From: a virus
Lineage: Duplodnaviria; Caudoviricetes
IMG/VR virus record: IMGVR_UViG_3300037518_000672
Location: 1-54,656 of that record
Length of the DNA: 54,656 bases
Reading direction: 5' to 3' (one strand)
The position numbers and the translations under genes are program-made. How positions within the stretch are numbered: position 1 is the first letter of the stretch; each line of letters opens with the position of its first letter. The notes below the pieces were generated by a model. That model searched no databases. It was not told the origin of the DNA and saw only the letters and a program-made list of their open reading frames with translations. Positions 37,385 through 46,498 of the stretch are shown one piece after another.

Positions 37385-39098
37385 GACCTTCTCCATTTCT
37401 GGCTATGGCCCAGGCCGGCGGCGCGGCAAAGGCCGTCTCGATTTCATCGAACCAGGCCTCGATCTCGTAGAGCCGATCCACCGGAGCCTGGGCGATAACC
37501 GAATACAACCCGAAGGCTCTCTCGCTGAGGGCCTTGCGGCGGGGCTTGGTTTCGATCTGGTGGTCATCGACCAACTTACCCCATAGCTCGAATTTCACGG
37601 CGCAGCCGTCGCAGCGCCCCTGATCGCGCTCCGCATCGACCACGATTTGGTAGCGATGGCAAGCTGGGCAGGGGGTGGGGGAGTAGTCCGGTTTCGGGGC
37701 CGCGAACCGACCGGTCGGCGGTGTCGTCGTCTCGACCAGCCACTGAGTGACGCTCTCGCGTGGCACGGGCGACCTGGACTGCTCGACCAGGGCTTCGTAA
37801 TTTTTAAATTTCTTTTTGCAGGCATCGCAAACGATGGAGCCGTCAGGCCGAGTGTCCTGGTCCGGGAAAATGGCCTGGTCGCATTTGGGGCAGAGGACGC
37901 TCTCGCGTGGCGGCGTGGGCCGAGGCTCGACCGGATCAATGGGGAACGGTATCTCTAGCAATTCCCGGACAGCATCACGGAGGGCGGCTCCCCGGAGGGT
38001 CGGCTTGCCACTCCCTGAAAGCGAGCCGTACCAGAACGCCGGATTTTTCCCGCCCCGGTGCCACTCCGCGCTCTGCCCCGGCCCACTGGTGCCCCCGCCG
38101 AGACCAAACTCGACGGCTATTGCCTCGACCAACGCGGCGTTGGACAGGCCGGTTTTTTGCCGGGCGGCCCAGCGGTCGCTTGAAGCGTCCAGGGCCCGGC
38201 GCAAGCATTGACCGAGATCGGCCTCTTCTCGCGCCGGCTCATCCGGCGGCTCGCGCAGCCAGGAAGCCACGGCGGACAGGGCGTCGCAGTGGGGGCAGGT
38301 CAGGCCACTCGAGGCACTGTAGACCGATTCGAGATCCTCGACTGAGAATTTTTTTACCTGGCCGCAAACCGGGCACCAGCGGACGCCGAAAGCGTCGGCC
38401 TCCTGTCTGCCCTTCCACTGCACAAAATCGTCGTATTCGATCCTCGTGCCCCACTTCTTCCCGCACTGGATACATTCCAGGCCCAGGGGCAGCAGGTGGA
38501 CCGTTTCGGCTCGACAAATGGGACAGAACAACGCGGTAGGAGCGACATCTTTCCGCGCCGCCGGCTGCGTGCCGATATTGCCGGTGTCCACCTCGAAGGT
38601 TTGGTCGCCCCGGATGACAGTCCGCGTGTCCACCTGGGGGATTTCCCCAGATGCCTCCAACTCCCGGCGGATGCGCCCGACGGTTTTGTGATCCACCCCC
38701 ACGTGCCGGGCGATCTCGCGGTTGGCGAGGGCCAGGCCGTTGGGGTGGAGCAGGGCGGCCCGGACAATGCGCTGCTTGTCTTTGGTGGTGCGGCGCAGGC
38801 CGTGCCTCTGGTTGGCGGTCAGGGCCAGCCACTCGGCCTCCGGGCGGCTGCCCGGCTCGACGGCTACCCACAGTTGCAGGCCGGCCTTGAGCGCGGCCTG
38901 GCCGCGGTGGTAGCCGTCCCACACGTAGATTTTCCCCGCCTCGGTGTCCATGAGGCCCTGGGCCGGCTCGAACTCGACCCCGTCCGTCATCTGAGCCGCG
39001 TATTCGTCGATAGCCGAGAAATCGACATCGGCCCGGCTCTGGATAAAGACGACCATCGGGTCGGTCGGGTCTCGACCGACCAGCATTGGCTCGCTCAT
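37377..39098 (-). CDS. ParB N-terminal-like domain + HTH + multiple Zn ribbons
   Basis: WDGYHRGQAA, ANQRHGLRRT, NREIARHVGVDHKTV, several CxxC pairs. Confidence 0.75.
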   Translation of the reverse strand: MSEPMLVGRDPTDPMVVFIQSRADVDFSAIDEYAAQMTDGVEFEPAQGLMDTEAGKIYVWDGYHRGQAALKAGLQLWVAVEPGSRPEAEWLALTANQRHGLRRTTKDKQRIVRAALLHPNGLALANREIARHVGVDHKTVGRIRRELEASGEIPQVDTRTVIRGDQTFEVDTGNIGTQPAARKDVAPTALFCPICRAETVHLLPLGLECIQCGKKWGTRIEYDDFVQWKGRQEADAFGVRWCPVCGQVKKFSVEDLESVYSASSGLTCPHCDALSAVASWLREPPDEPAREEADLGQCLRRALDASSDRWAARQKTGLSNAALVEAIAVEFGLGGGTSGPGQSAEWHRGGKNPAFWYGSLSGSGKPTLRGAALRDAVRELLEIPFPIDPVEPRPTPPRESVLCPKCDQAIFPDQDTRPDGSIVCDACKKKFKNYEALVEQSRSPVPRESVTQWLVETTTPPTGRFAAPKPDYSPTPCPACHRYQIVVDAERDQGRCDGCAVKFELWGKLVDDHQIETKPRRKALSERAFGLYSVIAQAPVDRLYEIEAWFDEIETAFAAPPAWAIARNGEGHA

Positions 39099-39099
39099 G

Positions 39100-39975
39100 T
39101 CAGGCTGCCTTTCTGAGTTGGCCCGCTTCGGCCAGCTCGACCATATGCTGAACGAACTCGTAGGGACCGGGGCAGCGCCAGCAGTGCTGACCCAGGCCGT
39201 CGAGCCGGCAGCCGTCACACAATGTTTTTTGGGCGATGTCGTGAATTTTATCGCGGGGCAGCTCGCCGCCGGCGTGGTGGCCGTTGCCGTTGACCACGGT
39301 CAGGGTAGGCCGGCGGCGCGGCTCAGGCGGGACCTCGGCCCCATCCAGGGCCGGCAGTTGCCTGGCTATGAAAGCGCATTGCCGGCAAATGCTCTTGAGC
39401 GAGGTGCTATTGCGGGCGAAGCGCTGGGCCAACTCCAGCCGTTTGGCCTGGTCGGGTACGCGCGACAAAGCCCGGGCCGCCCTGGGATCGGGCGAGAGCT
39501 TTCCCTCGCTGATCAGGTGCTGGATGTCCTCATCCAGCTCGAGCAGCCTCAGTACATTGTAGATCTTGCTGGGACTCTCCCCGGTGCGCTCGGCGATCAA
39601 CCCGACCGGCATGAGTTCCTCGTCTCTCAGGCGGCGGTAATGCAGGCCCCGCGAGATCGGGTCCTTGGGGTAATGGCGCTCGCTGGTGATGGCCATTATC
39701 AGCATTTGTTCGGCCTCGTCGGCTTTGAGGATCTCGCACTTGAGTGGGGGACACTCATCCCCCAGCCGACGACCGCCGGCCAGCCGCATGTTACCGTCAA
39801 CGACGTGGTAGTTGCCGGGCTGATCGGGGATGGCCACTACCAGCATGGCCTGGTAAACGCCGTTGTTAGCTTTGATCGAGGCGGCCATCTCGGCCACGTC
39901 CGCCTCGGGGTAGAAGCGGCGGATGTTCTCGGGATGGATCTTCAACTTGGTGTGCCGTAGATAAGTCAGTGACAT
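39100..39975 (-). CDS. ParB/RepB/Spo0J family protein
   Basis: HPENIRR, VVDGNMRL, HTH IAERTGESPSKI. Confidence 0.85.
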   Translation of the reverse strand: MSLTYLRHTKLKIHPENIRRFYPEADVAEMAASIKANNGVYQAMLVVAIPDQPGNYHVVDGNMRLAGGRRLGDECPPLKCEILKADEAEQMLIMAITSERHYPKDPISRGLHYRRLRDEELMPVGLIAERTGESPSKIYNVLRLLELDEDIQHLISEGKLSPDPRAARALSRVPDQAKRLELAQRFARNSTSLKSICRQCAFIARQLPALDGAEVPPEPRRRPTLTVVNGNGHHAGGELPRDKIHDIAQKTLCDGCRLDGLGQHCWRCPGPYEFVQHMVELAEAGQLRKAA

Positions 39976-39991
39976 TAGAGCCTCCTAAACT

Positions 39992-40071
39992 ATGTCACGC
40001 TGAGGCCGGAGGCGAAGCGTCTCCACCCGTAGGCCGCACGGAGATTCTTCGCCTGGCGGCTCAGAATGACG
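39992..40071. repeat. REP-like palindromic element
   Basis: GTCACGCTGAG...GAGATTCTTCGC...CTCAGAATGAC pattern. Confidence 0.5.
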
Positions 40072-40125
40072 GTTAATCGCCGGGCGCGGTCGGAGACCGG
40101 CCCGATCTCGGATATTAAGTTTTGG

Positions 40126-40737
40126 TTAATCTTCGTCGTCATCATCGCCGTCGTCCCGGTAGACCGCGACGACTGGGTCCTGATAGAAATCGTCTTCATC
40201 GTCGAGGGCCGGGTCTTCCTCGTCGTAGTCGTCCTGTTCAAAATCCAGTTTACTCAGGTCGATGCCGATCTCCTCGAGGGAGTCGACGTGGACGAAGGGG
40301 TTAAAAAAGGGATTGAGTATCCATGTGTAGGGGCTGCCGTCGGGGTGGATGGAGGGCTGGACCAGGATGTACCAACCCTGGCTGATCAGATCGAGATCGG
40401 GGGATTTAGCGTTGTGGCATTGATAGGGCAGCGTAAACAATACGTGATAGCCCTTGGGCGTGATTTGGGTGGGCGTATTGGCCAACCCAGGGTTGGCGGC
40501 CGCCCACGCCTCGTACCCAGGGACGGTGTCGAAGTCAAGGGCGTGGACGACCCGAACGTCGTCATTTTCGTCGAATGTTGGTTCGCCCAAAATCAAGCCG
40601 ATATTGCAGTCGGTGGTCAGGTTTATTTTTTGGCCAGCGTAGAGTCGCCCGACGCTGCCCGATTTTTGGCGGGGAGTGATGAGAGTGAGCGAGAAGCCGA
40701 GGTCTAAGTATTTTTGAATATATTCTGAGGGGGTCAT
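40126..40737 (-). CDS. Bifunctional DNA primase/polymerase N-terminal domain with acidic tail
   Basis: NIGLILG, ALDFD, TPKGYHVLF, QPSIHPDGSPYTW. Confidence 0.85.
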   Translation of the reverse strand: MTPSEYIQKYLDLGFSLTLITPRQKSGSVGRLYAGQKINLTTDCNIGLILGEPTFDENDDVRVVHALDFDTVPGYEAWAAANPGLANTPTQITPKGYHVLFTLPYQCHNAKSPDLDLISQGWYILVQPSIHPDGSPYTWILNPFFNPFVHVDSLEEIGIDLSKLDFEQDDYDEEDPALDDEDDFYQDPVVAVYRDDGDDDDED

Positions 40738-40751
40738 AAGTTTTAATCCTC

Positions 40752-41309
40752 CTAGGCTAATAAAAAATTGATGATCTTGAGCCGGGCATCGAACTCGCTG
40801 ACCAGCTCGCGGTAGTCGATCTCCAGCACCCGGAAACCGGCCCGCTCCAGCTTGCGCCGGCGGCGGGCATCGAGGATGCGCCGGTCCCGCTCCGGGTCGC
40901 GGCGAAAGTACGGATCGGTGTGTACCCGACCATTGACCTCGATCACCGCGTCGTTACATTCCGGCAGGTAGAAATCGACCAGAATGTACTCGGCCTCGAT
41001 GACCTGCACCTCCCGCTCGTAGGGGTAATTCAGATAATCGAGAATGGCGGCCACCTGCCGCTCCAGCCGGCTGGGGTTGGCTAGGCGAAATGCCCGCAGC
41101 CGGGCAAACAGAAAGGCGTACCCGTACCTACGGAGTGTAACCTGAGCCCCCTTGCGGCCGATCTCGGCCATGTCGCCGGCCTCGGCCCGGGCCTTGCCGG
41201 CTACCCGCTGGTGAGCCTTGAAGCTCGGCATGGCGGCCCGGGCCTGGCCGCCGCGCTTGCCGATCATGGAGAACCATTCGCTGGTGCCGTACTTTGGCAT
41301 GGCGCTCAT
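40752..41309 (-). CDS. DUF559/Vsr-like endonuclease with N-terminal KGG-like repeats
   Basis: PSRLE, VDFY, IEVNGRVH, GFRVL; IGKRGG and IGRKG. Confidence 0.75.
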   Translation of the reverse strand: MSAMPKYGTSEWFSMIGKRGGQARAAMPSFKAHQRVAGKARAEAGDMAEIGRKGAQVTLRRYGYAFLFARLRAFRLANPSRLERQVAAILDYLNYPYEREVQVIEAEYILVDFYLPECNDAVIEVNGRVHTDPYFRRDPERDRRILDARRRRKLERAGFRVLEIDYRELVSEFDARLKIINFLLA

Positions 41310-41593
41310 AGGGCCACCTCGTCGGCTATGGCCAGCGCCGCGCTGACCTCCTCGGCCACGGCCAGCGCCGCGCTGACTTTGTTGGCCGGGATGTTGAACG
41401 ACTCGACCAGCAGGCGCTGCTCGCCGATGACAAAACTGGCTGCCCCGAGGCGGTCTTGCGGGGTCACTACCTGGGACGGCCACAGCAGATCGACCAGGGC
41501 CTGCACGGTCACGGCGGCCATCAGCCGGCGGTAGGGATCAGGGGGGTCGGCGGGCATGCGCTTGCTGCGTCGCCTGCGGTCGGTGGCGATCAC
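41306..41593 (-). CDS. Hypothetical protein
   Basis: Overlapping start and stop with both neighbours. Confidence 0.55.
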   Translation of the reverse strand: MIATDRRRRSKRMPADPPDPYRRLMAAVTVQALVDLLWPSQVVTPQDRLGAASFVIGEQRLLVESFNIPANKVSAALAVAEEVSAALAIADEVAL

Positions 41594-42204
41594 GACAACA
41601 CCTCTCGCCAGGCCGCCCAGCCGGTCAGGGTTGGCAGGTTGACCAGGTGGCGGTTCCAGGGCAGGGCGAAGCGGATCGCACCCGGCCGGCCCCGGCGCTG
41701 CAGGTCGGCCAGCACCAGCGGCGAGTCGTCGAGGTGCAGGTCGAACTCGACCTCATATTTGTGGGGGGTGTGGATGATCTCATCGTAGGGGATGCGCCAG
41801 TAGTTGAGCCAGGGCCGGGTCAGGTCTGGGTGGTGGGTGCTGGTGGTGATGACGATCCGGTAGTCGCGGCCGAGGGAGCGCAGCGCCCCCGGCGCGTCTT
41901 CCATTGGCCGGGCCGTGGCAAAGATCAAGGGGTCGGTCCAGGCCCAGGCGGTGAACGCCTCATCGCTCAGGCCGACCAGGTGGCCCAGGGGCGGATCCCA
42001 GGAGTGGAACAAGTCCCGGCTGAGGCGGACACCGTGGCGCTGCCAGGTGGCCGTAATGATCGACCCGATTTGATCCCGGATGACGTTGTCCAGATCGACG
42101 CTGAGAACCGGCTTGGCCTGGCCCAGGCTGGGCACCGGCCGCGAGCTGCGGCCCGGTGAAAATTTGGTTGGGTAGTAAGGGGGAGGTATAATATTGAGTG
42201 TCAT
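41590..42204 (-). CDS. HAD-family 5'(3')-deoxyribonucleotidase
   Basis: VDLDNVI, ITTS, HLDDSP, PWN motifs. Confidence 0.8.
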   Translation of the reverse strand: MTLNIIPPPYYPTKFSPGRSSRPVPSLGQAKPVLSVDLDNVIRDQIGSIITATWQRHGVRLSRDLFHSWDPPLGHLVGLSDEAFTAWAWTDPLIFATARPMEDAPGALRSLGRDYRIVITTSTHHPDLTRPWLNYWRIPYDEIIHTPHKYEVEFDLHLDDSPLVLADLQRRGRPGAIRFALPWNRHLVNLPTLTGWAAWREVLS

Positions 42205-42290
42205 AAGTTACTCCTTTGGTGGGACTGATTTTTGACATTGAGATTGGGAGAGCCGGCGCTGTTGGGAGCAGCGGCGGCTCTTTGCTTTGT

Positions 42291-42935
42291 CTAGCAGGGA
42301 TAGACTCGCTCGATATAAGCGTAAGTTTTTCCATCGTTGCCGGGCTGCTCATACCACTCGACCAAAAATGGCTGGGGGGCGATGAACAACTCCTCGTAGT
42401 TCCCCTCGCTCCCTTTTTCCTGCCACTCCTTGTTGCGCTGGGTGAACAGTTCCGTCGAGAAATGGTCCGGGCTGATCTCCGGCCAGACCCCTCGGGCCCG
42501 CTGGATGAGTGAGGCAAATTCGCCGGCCCGGCGAGCGTAGGCCGAGGCGGGCCGGCCCTCGCCGTCTACGTAAAAGTTAATCTTCCACTTGCTGAGGCTG
42601 CGGGTTTTAGTGACCCCGATCTGGGCGCAGGTCGATTTAATGACCTGCTTCCGCCAGCCGTTTTGCTGCGGCTGACCATCGGGCACGATGGTGGCCACCG
42701 GCCCCCCGGCACCCCTCCCTTCGACAGGCCCAGGGAACGCCCCTTGAGCTGGCTGAAGGGGCTGCGGCCGGCCGTCGAACAGTTGCCGGTTCATCACCCG
42801 GATCTCGCCGCCCAGCTCCTGGAGCAGCTGGTTGGTCTGCCCGGCCGACTTTACCAAAACGGTCAGGGCCTCGTGGATGGGATCCGGTACGGCGGTGGCG
42901 ACCACGGAGCCGTTGGCTTGAATTTGAGTTGTCAT
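42291..42935 (-). CDS. Hypothetical protein (contains a REP-derived segment)
   Basis: AAGGAG RBS. Confidence 0.7.
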   Translation of the reverse strand: MTTQIQANGSVVATAVPDPIHEALTVLVKSAGQTNQLLQELGGEIRVMNRQLFDGRPQPLQPAQGAFPGPVEGRGAGGPVATIVPDGQPQQNGWRKQVIKSTCAQIGVTKTRSLSKWKINFYVDGEGRPASAYARRAGEFASLIQRARGVWPEISPDHFSTELFTQRNKEWQEKGSEGNYEELFIAPQPFLVEWYEQPGNDGKTYAYIERVYPC

Positions 42936-42973
42936 ACTAAAATCTCCTTTTACTAATTGTTAATTGTTAATTA

Positions 42974-43906
42974 CTAATTGATTTGTTCCAGCCCCGCCAA
43001 GAAGCGGAGCAGGCGAATTGTCGAGAGGTTATCCCCCCCGGCGGTGTGGGCCGGGCCGCCGCTGAGACCGCATTGCTCCAGCCGGGCCTGGAGACCACCC
43101 CGCCCGGCCCACGGCCCCAAAGCCCCGTCAGCGAGTTTTTTGGCGCAAATCCACTCTATGCCCCATTTCGGCGTGAATTTCCGCTCAAAGCCCGCGCTGT
43201 AGGCCACCACGAGGCGATTTGCCAGGGTCCTGCGGAGGGTAGGGGCGACCTCGACCCAGGTGGGGGCGGCGGCCACGGCCGCATCGGTCAGCCGGTGGAC
43301 CGCGGTGGCCGCCGGGGGGATGGACTGCTGGGGATTGACCAGTGTGGAAAACACGGCCCGGCCCTGGCCGTTGAGGATACCTATCTCGCACACCCGAGCG
43401 CCGTGCTTCAGGTGCAGGTGCGTGGTCTCGTAGTCGAGGAAGAGCGGATCGCGGGCCAGCAGCTCCCGGATTTTGCGGGCAACGCTGGCCGGGACGGTGA
43501 TCCCTTCGACAGGCTCAGGGAACGCTCGTTGAGCTTGTCGAAACGAGGCAGGCTCAGGGAACGCTCGTTGAGCTTGCCGAAACGAGGCAGGCTCAAGGAA
43601 CGCTCGTTGAGCTTGTCGAAACGAGGCGGCTTGCTGGGCCTGGCTCACCGCTGCGGCGGCCTGGGCGATGGCGTCGGCGGCCCGGGTTTGTTCGTCGAGC
43701 AGGTCGCGCAGGGCCAGCAGGGTGGGGTCGATGACGGTCTCGGCCACGGCCACGGCGGTGGCCTCATCGAGGGCGGGCTGCTCCCCTTCGGCGCTCCCTT
43801 CGACAAGCTCAGGGTACGGCCCCGCTGGGGGGGAAATGGAGGGGACCAGCAGGCCGGGCACGTCGAGTCGAATGCGACCGGTGGTCCGGTCGATCTTGAG
43901 GCGCAT
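42974..43906 (-). CDS. DEDDh 3'-5' exonuclease (DnaQ-like) with a repeat-containing N-terminus
   Basis: LDYETT, VHRLT, AYSAGFE, AHTAGGD. Confidence 0.85.
   Translation of the reverse strand: MRLKIDRTTGRIRLDVPGLLVPSISPPAGPYPELVEGSAEGEQPALDEATAVAVAETVIDPTLLALRDLLDEQTRAADAIAQAAAAVSQAQQAASFRQAQRAFLEPASFRQAQRAFPEPASFRQAQRAFPEPVEGITVPASVARKIRELLARDPLFLDYETTHLHLKHGARVCEIGILNGQGRAVFSTLVNPQQSIPPAATAVHRLTDAAVAAAPTWVEVAPTLRRTLANRLVVAYSAGFERKFTPKWGIEWICAKKLADGALGPWAGRGGLQARLEQCGLSGGPAHTAGGDNLSTIRLLRFLAGLEQIN
43502..43627. repeat. REP-derived 39-nt tandem repeat x3, in frame
   Basis: Units 43511-43549, 43550-43588, 43589-43627 encode ASFRQAQRAF(P/L)EP; start overlaps CCCTTCGACAGGCTCAGGG. Confidence 0.85.
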
Positions 43907-44268
43907 TAGGAGTTGCTCCGATAGGCGATCCGCATGGCCAGTTGGCTCAGACTAAAATTTTCCTGATCGAGAATTTGCAGCCCGGCCAGGCCGTCGGCCG
44001 GCAGCGGGTTGTCGGCGTTGAAGAGATGGAGGGCCAGGGCCAGCAGGAACTGCTCGCCGTGGGAGCAGTGGCGACTGTCGCGGCGGAGGAGATCGACCGC
44101 GATTTCCGATTTTTGAAAATCGATGTGGCGGATCAGGCCGCGCAGGGCCGGCACCTCGGTCAGGATGAGGAGCAGGGCCTGCCACTCCGAACTGTTGATG
44201 TGCTGGTCGGGTAAGCGGCTGAGGGCGGTGCGCCAGGCCCGGTGTTTGGAGGCGTTGTATTTGCTCAT
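43906..44268 (-). CDS. Hypothetical protein
   Basis: ATGA overlap; SHGEQFLLALALHLFN motif. Confidence 0.65.
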   Translation of the reverse strand: MSKYNASKHRAWRTALSRLPDQHINSSEWQALLLILTEVPALRGLIRHIDFQKSEIAVDLLRRDSRHCSHGEQFLLALALHLFNADNPLPADGLAGLQILDQENFSLSQLAMRIAYRSNS

Positions 44269-44609
44269 TCGTTGAAAATCTCCGGCGTGCAAAATTCTGA
44301 GTAGTCGGCGTGAACCGACTGGATGTGGTTAGTCAAAAAGGCCGTCTCTAGCATGACCCGCTGGTGGGCCAGGCGCTCGATCAGGTGGAAAGTGTAGGTG
44401 TAGACCGCGTCGCCGGTCTCGTGGACCACCACCGCCTGGGCAAAAGCCTCGGCCTCGATATCGGCCAGCAACTGCGGGTCGGCCCAGACGTCGCCGTGGG
44501 CCAGAGCCGGCAGGGGCACGGCCAGGATGGTGCCGCCGTCGGCGATGGCGCAGGCCAGGCTCAGTTCGTAGCGCGGTTTCGAGTCCTCCTCTGTTACGGC
44601 GACCAGCAT
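44265..44609 (-). CDS. Hypothetical protein, first gene of the leftward operon
   Basis: AAGGA RBS before ATG 44609. Confidence 0.6.
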   Translation of the reverse strand: MLVAVTEEDSKPRYELSLACAIADGGTILAVPLPALAHGDVWADPQLLADIEAEAFAQAVVVHETGDAVYTYTFHLIERLAHQRVMLETAFLTNHIQSVHADYSEFCTPEIFNE

Positions 44610-44670
44610 TGCAATCCTTGCTGGGGCCTCGCACCCCCTCGGCCGGTAGCAAGCCAGCTCTGTCCGTCTG

Positions 44671-44750
44671 TTGGCTCGGCGGGAGTTGAACCCACAACCA
44701 CCGTTTATGCTGCACAGCGACGGTAGCTCTGCCGTTGAGCTCACGAGCCA
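44671..44750 (-). tRNA. tRNA-like RNA with an expanded anticodon loop; identity undetermined
   Basis: Acceptor TGGCTCG/CGAGCCA, D arm GCTC-AACGGCA-GAGC, stem ACCGT/ACGGT with a 15-nt loop, T arm GTGGG-TTCAACT-CCCGC. Confidence 0.6.
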
Positions 44751-44753
44751 CTC

Positions 44754-44816
44754 TGGGGCGCGGGCCGGAGTTGAACCGGCTAGGCTGCGAAACCGTTGCC
44801 CCAGGCCATCCCCGCG
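44754..44816 (-). ncRNA. Second, truncated tRNA-like structure
   Basis: T arm GCCGG-TTCAACT-CCGGC, short acceptor CGCGG/CCGCG, ends CCCCA. Confidence 0.4.
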
Positions 44817-44842
44817 ACGTGTGTTTGCCGGGAACATGAAGC

Positions 44843-44886
44843 ATTGTATCATAGGTTCCCCAATGTGTCAATACCCAATGGGGAAC
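44843..44886 (-). promoter_or_regulatory. Promoter of the leftward operon with overlapping operator-like inverted repeat
   Basis: TTGACA(44871-44866)-17-TACAAT with extended TG; GTTCCCCA/TGGGGAAC arms flank the -35. Confidence 0.8.
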
Positions 44887-45150
44887 TTCGAGCAACGGAT
44901 TTTTAGGGCCGTGAAATTTCGGGCGGGAGGCTCTCTCGGGCGCCGCCTGGCGGGGAAAATTCTAGCGAGGAAAAACAAAAAAGCATCGGGATCGTGACCC
45001 GATGCTTTTGGAGGAACGTTAGGGGATTGCCCCCTGATTTCGTATGGGCATTCTAGCAGAAAAGCCCGGCGAGGCAATCTCGCGGGGCTTATTTTTGTTT
45101 GGTTTGTTGCGGAGCTGCGCTATAATTGAGAAAAATCGAGGAGGTGTTTT

Positions 45151-45306
45151 ATGAGCAAACCGGCCACCAGCGCGGAGCTGGCCCAGGCGGTAGAGAAAAT
45201 CAAACGGGAGATCGAGCGGGGCAGCAAGCGCGGCTATTCATTTTGGACCGGCATCCTGATCGGCGTAGCCCTGGGACTGCTGTGGCTCCAGCAGAGCGGG
45301 GCTTGA
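45151..45306 (+). CDS. Small membrane protein, 51 aa (below ORF-track cutoff)
   Basis: GAGGAGG RBS, TATAAT at 45121, C-terminal TM helix. Confidence 0.65.
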   Translation: MSKPATSAELAQAVEKIKREIERGSKRGYSFWTGILIGVALGLLWLQQSGA

Positions 45307-45352
45307 TAGAGGCCGGCAGTCGGGCTACAATGGCCGGAGAAAGGAGTTTTTT

Positions 45353-45616
45353 ATGGACGAAGAAACCCAACAACTGCTTCGGGAAATTCGAGATGAAGTG
45401 CGGGCGCTACGGGCGCAGGCTCCGCCGGAACGAATTGCGGCGCTACCCCTGCTGGCCCTGGTAGAAAAATGGCGCGGCTTTGCCCGGGGCAGTTGCCAAG
45501 CCGCCAAAAATGATCCCCAAAACAAAATGGCTGAGACAAAATGCCACGTCTACCATCAGGTGGCCGATGAGTTGGAGAAATGGGTCAAGGAAGGTACTTT
45601 GTCGCTTGGGCCTTGA
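45353..45616 (+). CDS. Hypothetical protein
   Basis: AAGGAG RBS. Confidence 0.6.
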   Translation: MDEETQQLLREIRDEVRALRAQAPPERIAALPLLALVEKWRGFARGSCQAAKNDPQNKMAETKCHVYHQVADELEKWVKEGTLSLGP

Positions 45617-45977
45617 CCAGTTCAACCAACACCTGTTGGGCAACCCCAACCACAAAACCGCCGGTGTGCCCCATCGCTTTCTTGACCAATCTCCACCGGT
45701 TCGCATCCCGAGCCGCATCTAAAAACTCATGGCCTTGCCAGGTGAGTCGAACGGGGATCCAATTATCCTGAAGCTGTTGATCCTCATCCGTCGTTTGCTC
45801 ATTGTGAGCGATAAGAAACCCGCCTTCGTCCAATATCAAGACGTGGTAAGAAACATGTTCCCACGAATAATTGCCGATCGGCGAACTAAACCAGTAATTA
45901 TAATCGGGACCAGATGCCTTAGGGTACGCTTCCACCTTGAGTAAAATTTCGCGGATCAAATCCGGCTCTCGTTTCAT
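45585..45977 (-). CDS. DUF2513-like winged-helix protein
   Basis: MKREPDLIREILL...YHVLIL...RLTWQGHEFLDAAR. Confidence 0.8.
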   Translation of the reverse strand: MKREPDLIREILLKVEAYPKASGPDYNYWFSSPIGNYSWEHVSYHVLILDEGGFLIAHNEQTTDEDQQLQDNWIPVRLTWQGHEFLDAARDANRWRLVKKAMGHTGGFVVGVAQQVLVELVKAQATKYLP

Positions 45978-45991
45978 CGAGAAACACTTAC

Positions 45992-46447
45992 TCAACCCTG
46001 CTGGGCCGCCCGCCGCCGGCGGCGGTAGGCGGCCAGGGCGGGGTGCTTGCGCCGGAGGATGGGCACGCCCCGCTCGTCGAAAAAAGGCACGCCAAAGATG
46101 CCGATGGCCTTGCGCTGGTGGTAGAGATCGGCCAGCAGTGCCACTTCGGCCTCGTCGATCAGCTGGGGGTAAGCCTCGGTGTCTACGACCCGAACGTAAT
46201 CCCGCTCTAGCCACTTTTCCGCAGTAGACCGGGGCACGCGGTACTTCCTGGCGGCCTCACTGAGGCTGATGCCCTGGCCGCTGAGGGCCGAATATTTCTC
46301 CTCGATGAGTTGCGCCTTGGTTTTTTCTTGAGACATAACAACCTCTCCTCCCGGAGTTTTAGATAACTCAATTTTATGTCCCGCCGGCAGGTTGGTCAAT
46401 AGTTCGATCAGGTAAGCGGGGGTGAGAGTTTGAGTTTTTTGGGTCAT
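45992..46447 (-). CDS. HTH DNA-binding protein (excisionase or regulator candidate)
   Basis: ISLSEAARKYRVPRSTAEKW; lies near attP. Confidence 0.65.
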   Translation of the reverse strand: MTQKTQTLTPAYLIELLTNLPAGHKIELSKTPGGEVVMSQEKTKAQLIEEKYSALSGQGISLSEAARKYRVPRSTAEKWLERDYVRVVDTEAYPQLIDEAEVALLADLYHQRKAIGIFGVPFFDERGVPILRRKHPALAAYRRRRRAAQQG

Positions 46448-46498
46448 GGGGTTTGCTCCTTTGGGGTTCATGTTATAATTGGGGGTAGGAGGTGATTT

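Noticed and set aside
43511-43627. Second CRISPR array
   Set aside because: Contiguous 39-nt units with no unique spacers, in frame within a CDS.
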